Assembly: GCA_021790255.1 (NCBI GenBank)
Contig: JAJYIE010000002.1
Span: 413-64,412 of the forward strand
Reading direction: 5' to 3'
DNA length: 64,000 bases
Origin: a bacterium
Lineage (GTDB): Bacteria; Patescibacteriota; Microgenomatia; Daviesbacterales; UBA10151
Shown here: positions 1-11,394 of the stretch, in pieces
Numbering within the stretch: the stretch's first letter is position 1
Layout: each line of letters begins with the position of its first letter
Notes under the pieces: model-generated
What the model saw: the letters and a program-made list of their open reading frames with translations, nothing else
Database searches by the model: none
Told to the model about the DNA's origin: nothing
Made by a program: the position numbers and the translations under genes

Positions 1-570
1 AGGGCAGAAGATGATCCTAAATGGAAAAATTCCGGAGCTAAGAATAAGCTTGAATATTTAAACTGGAGCTGGAGCGGCTGTGGGATGGCCTGTTTTAAGA
101 TGGCTTTGGAATATTTTACAGGTCAAAAAGTGCCCCTGGTTGTTCTGGGTAAGCAGTGCTTAGTGTATGGTGGTTATCAGATGAATCAACAAGCTTTTAA
201 TAGGGGTGATTATTTGCATTCTTTACCGGGATTATTTTATAAACCTTTTATCCGCTTTATCCGGCATGAGTACGGTTTAACCGGCAGAGTCTCCCGGTTT
301 TTGACGGTTGAACAGATTGCCTATGAAATTAGCCGGAAGAACCTTGTCATAGTTTCAGTAAGTGCTGATATTGCCGATCAGCAGAATTATTCAGGTTCCA
401 AAGGAGGCCATCTGATATTGGTTAACGGTTATGATTTACCCAAAAAGCAACTGATATTTCATAACCCATCTGGTAAAAACACAAAAAACCAACAACTTGC
501 CCGGATTAATTTCCAGGATTTTATCCGGTACTTTGATAACAAAGGTATGGTTATTTTTGATCCTGCTTAA
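1..570 (+). CDS. Peptidase C39-like (papain-fold) domain protein, 5' partial (ORF open to window edge)
   Basis: The reading frame is open from nt 1 in frame with the ATG at 85. The motif WSWSGCGMAC (Cys) and later GGHLILVNGYD (His) resemble the Cys/His catalytic dyad context of C39 bacteriocin-processing-like peptidases. Confidence 0.45.
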   Translation, partial: RAEDDPKWKNSGAKNKLEYLNWSWSGCGMACFKMALEYFTGQKVPLVVLGKQCLVYGGYQMNQQAFNRGDYLHSLPGLFYKPFIRFIRHEYGLTGRVSRFLTVEQIAYEISRKNLVIVSVSADIADQQNYSGSKGGHLILVNGYDLPKKQLIFHNPSGKNTKNQQLARINFQDFIRYFDNKGMVIFDPA

Positions 571-586
571 TCTAAACCTCGTCTAA

Positions 587-1192
587 TTAGTTATCACAGA
601 GGTAAGTCGGATTATGTTCGAACAAGGCAGATACTCTGTATTGTAAAGCCTTGCGGATGACCGGGCGGGCTTGCGGGATTAGCTTACGCCTCTTTGATAA
701 AAAGGTTGCCCATAAAAATGCGTCCGCATTGCTTGCAGAGTGAAGGATTGAAGGAATAATAAAAGGAAGGTCATCTTCTCTTAACTTATGTGGAGCTATT
801 TCCTTTTGGCAAGGCCAAATCTGCAGTTTATCCGGGAAGAAGTTAAAAAGTAACCGACCGCCGGAACCTTGCCGGGAAAAAGGCACCAAAAAACCAAAGG
901 GTTGTTCGCAATTATCAGGTTGGATTACCATGCTTAAAAAACCAGCCGGGAGTTTGCCGCCTAGGGCATCAGCTTCAAGTAATAAAAAGGCACGGTAACT
1001 GCCAATATCGACTACTGTGTCATATCCTGTACAAATAGCCCGGGCTTGTGCTCTGGTTCTAATCCAACTTGGGCCATCATTCAGAAGATGAGTTACCGGA
1101 TGGCCAAGGTGGTGTTGGTCCTGATGGTATTTAATAAACTTGGCGGTGAGGTCAGGAGAGGGATAAGGATTAATTAATTCTAAGTTGCCCAT
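587..1192 (-). CDS. Hypothetical protein (possible SAM-dependent methyltransferase-like fold; weak)
   Basis: 201-aa ORF. The DTVVDIGSYRAFLL segment is faintly like methyltransferase motif I. No firm family assignment. Confidence 0.35.
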   Translation of the reverse strand: MGNLELINPYPSPDLTAKFIKYHQDQHHLGHPVTHLLNDGPSWIRTRAQARAICTGYDTVVDIGSYRAFLLLEADALGGKLPAGFLSMVIQPDNCEQPFGFLVPFSRQGSGGRLLFNFFPDKLQIWPCQKEIAPHKLREDDLPFIIPSILHSASNADAFLWATFLSKRRKLIPQARPVIRKALQYRVSALFEHNPTYLCDN

Positions 1193-1237
1193 AATCTGAG
1201 TAGAATGCGATTATAATGCTTGATTGATTAGAAATTT

Positions 1238-2578
1238 TCAATAGTATTTTTTCAATGCAGTTTTGACAGCCTGGTTAAACTTTTCGCCTCGATCGAATTC
1301 GTTTTGGAATAAATTAAACGAGGTGGCGCCGGGTGAGAAAAGAATAGTATCGCCGGGCCGGGAATTGGATAAAACCTCATTAAGTAAAACTTCTAATTTG
1401 TTGTAAGGATGTGGGTTGGTATTTGGTATTTGGTATTTGGTATTTAGGGATAATATCTGATCTGTGGCATCGCCTTCTAAAAAATAGACCGCTTTAGCGT
1501 ATTTTTGGATCGCTTCGGCCATCTCGATATAGCCCAAACCTTTATTCATCCCACCGCAGATTAAGATTGAGTTTGGTAAGGTCTGGAGAGCCTGGATAGT
1601 CGATTCGGGGTTGGTCGAGGCGCTGTCGTTGTAGATTTTTATCCCATTGACTTCTTTGATGAATTGTAGCCGGAAATCAATGCCAGGAAATTTTTGCATA
1701 ATTGATAGGGCCTGTATTGGGGGAATTCCCAGTTGCTGAGTTACAGCGAGAGCTGCCGCCATGTTCGCTAGATTGTGCTGACTGGGCAAAACCGGCCGGA
1801 ATGTTTTCGGCAAATTAGCTGAACTAAATTTTTTGATTGTTCCTGAGAGTGATTTAAGGAACTTGGGCTGATTGGTAATTTTATCTTCGGCATTGATAAA
1901 TAAAAAATCATCTTCAGTCTGGTATTTAGCAATGGCCCGTTTGGCAGTAATATAGTTTTCCATGGTGTCGTGGTAATTTAAGTGGTCGGGGAAGATATTA
2001 GTAATTACGGCAATGTGGGGTGAAATTTTATGCTGTTCAAAAGCCTGCAGCTGAAAAGAAGAGAGCTCCAGCACAACTGAAGTATCCGGTTTGATCTTCG
2101 AGAGCATTTCCAGCACTGAAGCCCGAATGTTACCAGCAAGAATGACTTTTTTCCCCGCCTGCTTAAGAACTTCGTAGATTAAGGAGGCGGTAGTCGACTT
2201 GCCTTTGGTACCGGTGATGCCAATCAGTTGCTCTGGCTCGACACATTCTAGGAAAATTCCCATATCCATTTCCACACGCTTACCCATTTTTTGAGCATAA
2301 AGCAGGAAGTTGTTATCCGGTTTTATGGCTGGGTTGCGGATGATGAGGTCAGCCCAATCAATATCGGCAGTCTGGTGGCCGCCTAAAACGTATTCAATGT
2401 CAGGGAATTGTTTAAGCTGGTTTAAAGAAGTTTCCAGCTGGTCGGCGGTTTTTAAATCAGTAACCCTGACCAAATCACCTTGGCGGGCGAAAAATTTAGT
2501 GGCCCCGAGGCCACCTTGGTTGACACCAAGGCCAAGAATAAGTATTTTTTGGCCTTTATGTGAATTATTTATTTTCAT
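1238..2578 (-). CDS. murD: UDP-N-acetylmuramoylalanine--D-glutamate ligase
   Basis: Mur ligase P-loop GITGTKGKSTT and N-terminal ILILGLG Rossmann motif. 4-nt-scale overlap with murC. Contains a 7-nt tandem repeat (TTGGTAT x4) at 1416-1443. Confidence 0.9.
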   Translation of the reverse strand: MKINNSHKGQKILILGLGVNQGGLGATKFFARQGDLVRVTDLKTADQLETSLNQLKQFPDIEYVLGGHQTADIDWADLIIRNPAIKPDNNFLLYAQKMGKRVEMDMGIFLECVEPEQLIGITGTKGKSTTASLIYEVLKQAGKKVILAGNIRASVLEMLSKIKPDTSVVLELSSFQLQAFEQHKISPHIAVITNIFPDHLNYHDTMENYITAKRAIAKYQTEDDFLFINAEDKITNQPKFLKSLSGTIKKFSSANLPKTFRPVLPSQHNLANMAAALAVTQQLGIPPIQALSIMQKFPGIDFRLQFIKEVNGIKIYNDSASTNPESTIQALQTLPNSILICGGMNKGLGYIEMAEAIQKYAKAVYFLEGDATDQILSLNTKYQIPNTNPHPYNKLEVLLNEVLSNSRPGDTILFSPGATSFNLFQNEFDRGEKFNQAVKTALKKYY

Positions 2579-3857
2579 TGACCAGCTGCTTTGCTAAATT
2601 ATGCGTTTCCCCTGCTCCAACAAAGAAAATGACGCTGTTTTCATCAGCACTATGCTGCAATTTCTTAAGTATATCTTCAGGATCAGGAGAATAAATCACG
2701 CTGTCTTTGTCAATTGCTTCAACCAACTGCCGGCTGTTAACAACCCCAGTGTCAACTTCCCGTGATGGATAAATATCCTGAATAAAAATTTGGTCGACAG
2801 GGAGTTGCTGAAAAATATTGACGAAATCATTGAATAAGAAATGCGTTCGGGAAAACATATGCGGTTGAAAAACCACGGTAATTTTTGAGTTGGGAAATTT
2901 TTCCCGGGCAGCGTTCAGTGTAACTTCGATTTCTGTGGGGTGGTGGGCAAAATCACTGTAAACTTTTGCTCCCTGATAAGTTCCCAGCAGTTCAAACCGG
3001 CGGCCGATGCCGGAAAAGTTTTGCAGGCTTTTTCTGATTACCTCCGGCTTTATTCCTAAGGCCAAACCGGTCTGGAATACCGCCGAGGCATTCAAATTAT
3101 TGTATTGTCCTGGTACCGACAGTGAAAAATCAATCAGGTTTTGGGAGTAATCAATTACCGGCTGCCTGGGTTTTAGGACTTCAATAACTTCTTGCACTCC
3201 CCTATCCTGCATGTTTACAATCAGCAGACCCTTATTTTGTCTTAAGAATTTTACAAAACTTTTTTTATAGGCGTCAAAATCGCGGTAGTATTCTGGGTGG
3301 TCCATCTCCACGGCAGTAACAATAGTAATATCCGGGTGGCTAGCCAAAAAATTATCATTGAACTCATCGGCTTCGGTAACAAAGTATTTTCCCACCCCAA
3401 TCCGGTAATTAGTCTGCCACTCCGGCACGATTGCTCCCAGCTCCACAGCAGGATCCAACCCGGCGTTCTCAAGAAGTGTCCCGATCATGGCTGTGGTGGT
3501 CGACTTCCCATGGGTACCGCAGACAGCAATTACAATTTTGCCTTTTTCCAGGTATTTGCCCATAAACTGCTGCCAAGTTAAAATGGGAATTTTTCTTCTG
3601 CGGGCTTCCACAAGCTCCGGATTATTCTGATCAAGCCAGGTGATGGCTGGAGAAATGGCGACGACATCAGCATCGTGCAAATGCTCAGGATTATGTCCTT
3701 CCCGGAGTTTGGTTTGGTCAAAAATAGCAGTGAATTCGTTAAAGGGGTGATGGTCACAGCCGCTTACTTTGTATCCCCGGGCCTGGGCGATGGCGGCCAC
3801 TGCTGAAGCCCCGCTGCCGGCTATGCCCAGGAAATGAATATGGATTTTTTTAGCCAT
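2565..3857 (-). CDS. murC: UDP-N-acetylmuramate--L-alanine ligase
   Basis: IHFLGIAGSG and GTHGKSTT motifs. The ORF track starts at a TTG at 3878. The ATG at 3857 (MAKKIHIHF...) fits the usual MurC N-terminus better. Confidence 0.85.
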   Translation of the reverse strand: MAKKIHIHFLGIAGSGASAVAAIAQARGYKVSGCDHHPFNEFTAIFDQTKLREGHNPEHLHDADVVAISPAITWLDQNNPELVEARRRKIPILTWQQFMGKYLEKGKIVIAVCGTHGKSTTTAMIGTLLENAGLDPAVELGAIVPEWQTNYRIGVGKYFVTEADEFNDNFLASHPDITIVTAVEMDHPEYYRDFDAYKKSFVKFLRQNKGLLIVNMQDRGVQEVIEVLKPRQPVIDYSQNLIDFSLSVPGQYNNLNASAVFQTGLALGIKPEVIRKSLQNFSGIGRRFELLGTYQGAKVYSDFAHHPTEIEVTLNAAREKFPNSKITVVFQPHMFSRTHFLFNDFVNIFQQLPVDQIFIQDIYPSREVDTGVVNSRQLVEAIDKDSVIYSPDPEDILKKLQHSADENSVIFFVGAGETHNLAKQLVNENK

Positions 3858-3874
3858 ATTAAGCGAGTATAGCA

Positions 3875-4594
3875 TCAATCAATATAGCCATAGATAGCCG
3901 GGTGGCCAGTGGCAACTGCCCACTGCCTGTTCCCGAAGTCGAAGTGCCAGCGCTCCTGGTGATTGACAGTAAAACCAGCGTGGATCATTGCTGCGCGGAT
4001 CAATCGGCGGTTATCCCGGTATAATATGTCTTGGCCTGAGGTTATTTTATCAGGGTTTTCATAGTAATAGGATCGCGAAATCTCAGCGTAAATGGGTGTA
4101 TTCGGCGGAGCTACAGGCACCCGATTAAGACCTTTGACAAGAGAAATGTCGACAGCTCCTCCGGTTGTGTGGGGGGCCAGACCAGGGTCTTTTTCAGGGA
4201 GCAGAAAGACGTACCGTTGAGTTATTTTTTGTATCTTATCTTCACCAAGCCGAGGATAAAGATTTTTTACTTTGTCTAAAACTAACCTTTGCATTTCCAG
4301 CTGCTCTTCTTTGCTCCGGTGAGCTGTATTTACAACCAGACGGTAGTTATCATCAGCTTTCCGCATATAATTTACCGCCAATGCTAACCGTAAGGCTGCA
4401 CCTCTTCGCAAATACAATTCTGCCGGGATATCTTTTATCAGTTTGCGCCCTGTTTCCAGAAGATATTGGTGCTCTGTAATAATTTTTCCGAGAGCGACAG
4501 CACCTACTGGTACCAATGGCTCTCCGCATTCCCGAACAGGAGTTCTTGCTGCGGAGCGGGTAATCGGAGGCATTGCTACTTCAGCCGGTATCAT
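3875..4594 (-). CDS. D-alanyl-D-alanine dipeptidase, peptidase M15 (VanX/DdpX family)
   Basis: The HTTGGAVDISL and ERWHFDF motifs are characteristic of VanX-type Zn dipeptidases. Confidence 0.7.
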   Translation of the reverse strand: MIPAEVAMPPITRSAARTPVRECGEPLVPVGAVALGKIITEHQYLLETGRKLIKDIPAELYLRRGAALRLALAVNYMRKADDNYRLVVNTAHRSKEEQLEMQRLVLDKVKNLYPRLGEDKIQKITQRYVFLLPEKDPGLAPHTTGGAVDISLVKGLNRVPVAPPNTPIYAEISRSYYYENPDKITSGQDILYRDNRRLIRAAMIHAGFTVNHQERWHFDFGNRQWAVATGHPAIYGYID

Positions 4595-4626
4595 ATCCTA
4601 TAATATACATGATTTGCCAAACTTTT

Positions 4627-5274
4627 TCAAATTTCGGTAAAAATTTTCAGGCGGTAAATTTTAAAGGGCGGATTCCCTAACCCAACTTGAAATTTTTCCT
4701 GCAGCTTCCCGTTGTCGATTTGACCCATGTGCACGCCATTTGCCTGAGTGCTGCTGGAATGTGCGTAAGTAATAACTCCGTTTTCATGAGCCAAAATGAC
4801 GGCGACATGCGGAATGTCACTTAGGACATTGAATTTTAGGATATCGCCGGGGCGGGTTAAAGCAGGGCCAGGAACAGGAACAACAAATCGGTCGGAAGTT
4901 AATTTGGCGGCTCCCGTTCGCCCGATGTGCTCCATGCCGGCAGCTTCCTGCAGATTACCCAAACCAATTTTTTTAGTCAGGTGATCCAGAAGGCGATAGA
5001 CAAACCCGGAGCAATCAATGCCTAATTTGTGATTCACCATAAAACGCCGAATTTCTTCAACAGAAGTTTTGTCCAAGTCGAAATTTTCCGCCTCGGCTAA
5101 TTTTTCAGTGGTTTTGGTGAGAACTTCCGGTGAACTTTTGCCCTGAAACTCCGGCCCCAATTTTTGGTAACTGCCGAATTCATTGCGCCGGTATGGTGTG
5201 GGGATCCTTTTGCCGCCCAGAGGAAGCATGAATTGATCGTAAGCCTGCCGCAAGATGGCTGCTGTATCGGACAT
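4627..5274 (-). CDS. NlpC/P60 family cell-wall peptidase
   Basis: DCSGFVY catalytic-Cys motif with a downstream His (HVAVIL) in the usual NlpC/P60 order. Confidence 0.65.
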   Translation of the reverse strand: MSDTAAILRQAYDQFMLPLGGKRIPTPYRRNEFGSYQKLGPEFQGKSSPEVLTKTTEKLAEAENFDLDKTSVEEIRRFMVNHKLGIDCSGFVYRLLDHLTKKIGLGNLQEAAGMEHIGRTGAAKLTSDRFVVPVPGPALTRPGDILKFNVLSDIPHVAVILAHENGVITYAHSSSTQANGVHMGQIDNGKLQEKFQVGLGNPPFKIYRLKIFTEI

Positions 5275-5287
5275 GCTCTAAATATCC

Positions 5288-7372
<2,085 letters not shown>

Positions 7373-7518
7373 CTATCTTCAAAAATCTATCCTCCAACCC
7401 TAATGACCTACTGTCGTATCTAATCTTTCCGAACTTAGTTTACCAGGTCAAAGCTATTTTTGCAACTGAAGGGTATGAATTTGGATTGTCGTAACGCTCT
7501 AAATACCCAAACTTATGG

Positions 7519-8190
7519 CTACTTCCCTAAGACCGGCGTCTTGAGCATTAAATATTCCAAAATAGCTCTCAAGTTTACGTTTTGTCTCTGCCAGCGCTCA
7601 GCTTCTATGCAGTCTTCCAGCAGTTGGTGTATTTGGGATATCGGTAAGACAGGAATTTCTTCAGTCATTTGCTGGCGAAAAAAGGCAGTCAGGCTGTAAA
7701 GCAGTTCTTCCTTTTGTTCCAACTTCTCCAGGTAAACAAAACGCTTCTCAACATTTGAACTCAGTAATTTATCGATATTTTTTTGGTGTTTTTCCAAAAA
7801 TTCGGCGCTCTGGCTGGCCAATTCCGTACTGTGGAGGTTGACAAGTTGGCATCGGGAAACAACAGTCGGCAACAACTGGTCATCAGAACATACTCCCAGA
7901 ATAATCCGGGCCTGCGCCGGCGGTTCCTCCAAGGTTTTCAACAGGGCATTTTGGGCATCATCAGTAAAATTTTCCGCGGCAATTACTACTACCGCCTGGC
8001 CGACAGCCTGGTAAGGCTTGAGGCTTAAAAACTGCTCAATCCGGCGGGCCTGTTCAATTCCCAGTTTCTCTTCTTCTCCCAACCACAACAAGTCAGGATG
8101 GCTGCGGCTTAAGCCTTGTTCAATAAGTATCTTTTCTGCTTCCTCTGCCCTTTTTATGGGATCAGGATGGATTAACAGCAAACTGGTCAT
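7519..8190 (-). CDS. holB: DNA polymerase III delta-prime subunit, short form
   Basis: ALLKTLEEPP and SRCQ motifs. Only 223 aa, with no P-loop. Confidence 0.7.
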   Translation of the reverse strand: MTSLLLIHPDPIKRAEEAEKILIEQGLSRSHPDLLWLGEEEKLGIEQARRIEQFLSLKPYQAVGQAVVVIAAENFTDDAQNALLKTLEEPPAQARIILGVCSDDQLLPTVVSRCQLVNLHSTELASQSAEFLEKHQKNIDKLLSSNVEKRFVYLEKLEQKEELLYSLTAFFRQQMTEEIPVLPISQIHQLLEDCIEAERWQRQNVNLRAILEYLMLKTPVLGK

Positions 8191-8243
8191 TTGGGGAAAT
8201 TATATGAATTTCAAAGATTAAAAAGCAAAGAGCAAAAATATCT

Positions 8244-8268
8244 GCTTCCCACTTTCCAGGTGGGAAGC
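8244..8268. promoter_or_regulatory. Palindromic hairpin/operator-like element GCTTCCCAC-N7-GTGGGAAGC in the divergent holB/pilB control region (copy 1)
   Basis: 9-bp perfect inverted repeat with a 7-nt spacer. A near-identical element lies 220 bp downstream. Confidence 0.35.
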
Positions 8269-8463
8269 TTAACGTCACCCATATTCATCGTACCAATACT
8301 ACCTCTCGGGAGAAAAGCATCCATTTTGCAACACATAGCTAATCTTGTCTTATTTTTCTAAAGCCAATCCCAGCTTAAGCTATCATAGTTTTGTTGAGGA
8401 AACAGAGATTGAAGATCCGGCTTTGTATGTATGCCTTATTGATAGGGAAGGTGATTAAAACTA

Positions 8464-8487
8464 GCTCCCCACTTGACATGTGGGAGC
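8464..8487. promoter_or_regulatory. Palindromic hairpin/operator-like element GCTCCC(C)AC-N7-GTGGGAGC (copy 2). The loop contains TTGACA.
   Basis: Same half-site core (CCCAC/GTGGG) as copy 1. About 125 nt upstream of pilB. Confidence 0.35.
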
Positions 8488-8610
8488 ACAAAAAGCTTTT
8501 TGGCGGGAGGCAGATTGCTCCTATATTAGTTCCTCTTTCTAATTGACTATTTCTCAAAAATTTGACCATAATGGAAATAAGCCCTTGGATTTTGTTCAGG
8601 GAAATAGTTT

Positions 8611-10320
8611 ATGGCACAAGCTGCTCAATTTGGTCTTGAAGATATCCTTTTTAAGCAAGGCTTGATCAACTCCAGCCAACTTTCTGCTATCAAACTGGAA
8701 TCAATTAATAGCGGCAAGGGTGCCGAACAGCTTATCCAGGAGCATCAAATAGTGCCCCCGGACAAGTTGCTGGCTGCCCGGGCTCAGCTTTTGGGGGTGC
8801 CTTTTATTCATCTGGAGGGGCGGCCGATTTCCTCTGATGTTTTGAATTTGGTGCCGGAATCTGTAGCACGACGTTACAACTTAATCCCCTTTGATAAAAA
8901 AGCGGACAAACTATTCGTGGCAATGCTTGACCCTCTGGATTTGCAGGTGGTGCAGTTTATTGAAACAAAGTCCGGGTTGTTTGTGAAGCCATATCTGGCA
9001 GCGACTGATGATATTAATGCAGCGATTGGCGAACAATACTCTCAAAACCTTTCCACCGAAGTTACCTCTGCTTTAAAGGAAGTTACCGAGCTCAACAAGC
9101 AGGCCACAGAAGACACTGTAACTCAGGAGGGAACGGAAATTATCCGGGAAGCCCCAGTCTCCAACATCATTACTCATCTGCTGGACTATGCCGTAAAGGC
9201 TAATGCTTCAGATATCCATATTGAACCTTTGGAAGATAAGACCCGGGTCCGCTACCGGATTGATGGCATTTTGCATGAAAAGGTTATCCTGCCGCGGGGA
9301 GTACATGACGCTCTGGTTTCCCGCATCAAAATCCTTTCCAGCTTAAAAATCGAGGAGAAGCGGTTACCACAGGACGGCCGTTTCAGCTATGCTGCCGGGC
9401 AAAAAATGTATGACCTTCGTGTTTCCACCGTTCCGACTATCTATGGGGAAAAAGTGGTAATGAGACTTTTGCCCAAAAACACTCTCCCTCCTACCCTGCA
9501 TGATTTGGGGCTCCGGGCTATGGCTTTAAAAATACTGGAAGCACAAATTACCAGGCCGCATGGCATCATATTAATTTGCGGGCCAACCGGTTCCGGTAAA
9601 ACTACCACCCTCTACTCTGTTTTAACCAAGCTTTCCACCACCAAGGTCAATGTAGTGACAGTAGAAGATCCTGTTGAGTACCGGATTGCCGGGGCTAACC
9701 AGGTCCAGGTGAATCCGCAAATCGGCCTGACTTTTGCTTCAGCTCTGCGCTCTTTCCTGCGCCAGGATCCCAATATTATCCTGGTGGGAGAAGTCCGGGA
9801 TTCGGAAACAGCGGATCTGGCCATTCAGGCTGCTTTAACGGGCCATCAGGTTTTTTCCACCATACATACCAACACGGCTGCAGGTGCCCTGCCCAGGCTT
9901 TTAGATATGGGTATGGAGCCATTTCTGATTGCCTCTTCCGTTAACGCTGCCGTCGGGCAAAGAATCCTGCGGCAAGTGTGCATGCATTGCCGGACAGCCT
10001 TTACCCCACCTCCGGAAGTGGAAGCAAGCATCAGGAAAGTTTTGGGCAAGCTGGCGCCTGCCGATAAACAGTTAGCTCTTTACCGGGGGACGGGTTGTGC
10101 CGAGTGCGGAAATACAGGTTACTCCGGTCGGATCGGTATTTTTGAGGTTTTACCTATGTCGACTAAAATCATGCAGCTTATTCTTGAACGGGCTTCGGCG
10201 CAGCAAGTGGAAGACCAAGCAGTTGCAGAAGGTATGATAACATTAAAGCAGGACGGTTATATGAAAGCGTTGGAGGGGATCACTACCCTGGAGGAGGTGT
10301 TAAGAGTAGCAGAAGAGTAG
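8611..10320 (+). CDS. pilB: Type IV pilus assembly ATPase PilB (GspE family)
   Basis: N-terminal GSPII_E_N-like region, Walker A GPTGSGKTTT, and a tetracysteine motif CMHCR...CAECGNTGY. Confidence 0.9.
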   Translation: MAQAAQFGLEDILFKQGLINSSQLSAIKLESINSGKGAEQLIQEHQIVPPDKLLAARAQLLGVPFIHLEGRPISSDVLNLVPESVARRYNLIPFDKKADKLFVAMLDPLDLQVVQFIETKSGLFVKPYLAATDDINAAIGEQYSQNLSTEVTSALKEVTELNKQATEDTVTQEGTEIIREAPVSNIITHLLDYAVKANASDIHIEPLEDKTRVRYRIDGILHEKVILPRGVHDALVSRIKILSSLKIEEKRLPQDGRFSYAAGQKMYDLRVSTVPTIYGEKVVMRLLPKNTLPPTLHDLGLRAMALKILEAQITRPHGIILICGPTGSGKTTTLYSVLTKLSTTKVNVVTVEDPVEYRIAGANQVQVNPQIGLTFASALRSFLRQDPNIILVGEVRDSETADLAIQAALTGHQVFSTIHTNTAAGALPRLLDMGMEPFLIASSVNAAVGQRILRQVCMHCRTAFTPPPEVEASIRKVLGKLAPADKQLALYRGTGCAECGNTGYSGRIGIFEVLPMSTKIMQLILERASAQQVEDQAVAEGMITLKQDGYMKALEGITTLEEVLRVAEE

Positions 10321-10323
10321 CTT

Positions 10324-11394
10324 ATGCATATAAGACAACTATTAGATTTAGCAATCGCTAAGAATGCTTCAGATTTGCACTTGGTGTATGGTTATCCACC
10401 GGCACTGCGGATTGATTCGGCGCTGGATTTTATCCACGGCACAAACCCCCTGACCGATGAAGATATTGTCGGTTTGGTTTTGCCGCTTTTGTACCCGGCT
10501 CAGAAACGTATGTTTGAAAGCACTTATGAGCTGGATTTTGCAATTCCTTATCAAAAGAAGGCCCGTTTTAGGGTGAACTTGTTCCGTGAGCAGGGGCATG
10601 TTTCGGCAGCTTTCCGTCTCCTGCCTTTGGTTATTCCCAAACTGGAATCTTTGGGACTACCGGTACAGGTTTATCCTTTGAGCGAACTGCGTCAGGGATT
10701 TATATTGGTAACTGGCCCGACAGGCCACGGCAAATCGACAACTTTGGCTGCAATACTAAATAAAATTAATGAAACAAGACCGGCCAGGATTATTACCATT
10801 GAGGACCCGATTGAATATGTTTTCCCTCAGGCACGCGGGCTGGTCAGCCAACGGGAGATGCTGGTTGATACTAAGAGCTGGTCAAACGCTTTAAGGGCAG
10901 CTTTGCGGGAAGATCCGGACGCGGTGATGGTAGGAGAAATGAGAGATTACGAAACAATTGCTGCGGCTATCACCATTGCCGAAACTGGGCATTTGGTTTT
11001 TGCATCGCTGCATACCAACTCCGCGGCTCAGGCAGTGGATAGGATTATTGACGTTTTTCCGGAGCAGCAGCAATCTCAGGTGAGAAGCCAAATTGCCGCT
11101 ACGCTGGAAGCGGTCATTTCCCAGCGGCTGATCCCGACTCTGGGTCCGGGACGGGCTTTGGCAGTTGAGCTTTTAATGAGGACTCCCGCCTTAGCATCAA
11201 TGATTCGCGACGGGAAAACCCACCTGATTGATAACCTGATCCAAACTTCAGCTGAATTCGGGATGATACCGATGGAGGCATCATTGGCCCGTTTGGTGCA
11301 GGAAGGCAGAGTAAGTATAGAGACAGCCCAAAACTATTGCCTGCATACGGATGTTCTGGAGAAACTGGTTGGGGGTTTTCATGCCAGTATTTAG
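10324..11394 (+). CDS. pilT: Type IV pilus retraction ATPase PilT
   Basis: Walker A GPTGHGKSTT and the PilT-type GHLVFASLHTNSAAQAVDRIIDVF region. Confidence 0.9.
   Translation: MHIRQLLDLAIAKNASDLHLVYGYPPALRIDSALDFIHGTNPLTDEDIVGLVLPLLYPAQKRMFESTYELDFAIPYQKKARFRVNLFREQGHVSAAFRLLPLVIPKLESLGLPVQVYPLSELRQGFILVTGPTGHGKSTTLAAILNKINETRPARIITIEDPIEYVFPQARGLVSQREMLVDTKSWSNALRAALREDPDAVMVGEMRDYETIAAAITIAETGHLVFASLHTNSAAQAVDRIIDVFPEQQQSQVRSQIAATLEAVISQRLIPTLGPGRALAVELLMRTPALASMIRDGKTHLIDNLIQTSAEFGMIPMEASLARLVQEGRVSIETAQNYCLHTDVLEKLVGGFHASI

Noticed and set aside
2310-2597. Numerous 60- to 190-aa ORFs on the strand opposite long conserved genes (for example 2310..2597, 3297..3581, 5769..6299, 16696..17112, 40834..41386, 44223..44495, 45056..45391, 47298..47609, 48435..49263, 50029..50421)
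   Set aside because: They are antisense shadow ORFs inside well-supported genes, with low-complexity or biased composition and no motifs.
8473-8478. TTGACA in the loop of hairpin copy 2 as the pilB -35 box
   Set aside because: The nearest TATATT-like -10 is about 45 nt away, too far for sigma70 spacing. It is left as part of the hairpin element only.
11351-11380. Track start codons for pilC (11351), pilD (13149), pilin 15597 and glgP (35402) that overlap upstream genes by 40-200 nt
   Set aside because: Internal ATGs at 11381, 13212, 15717 and 35600 remove the overlaps and begin at family-typical N-termini (MPVFSY..., prepilin leaders, MPDNFDH...).
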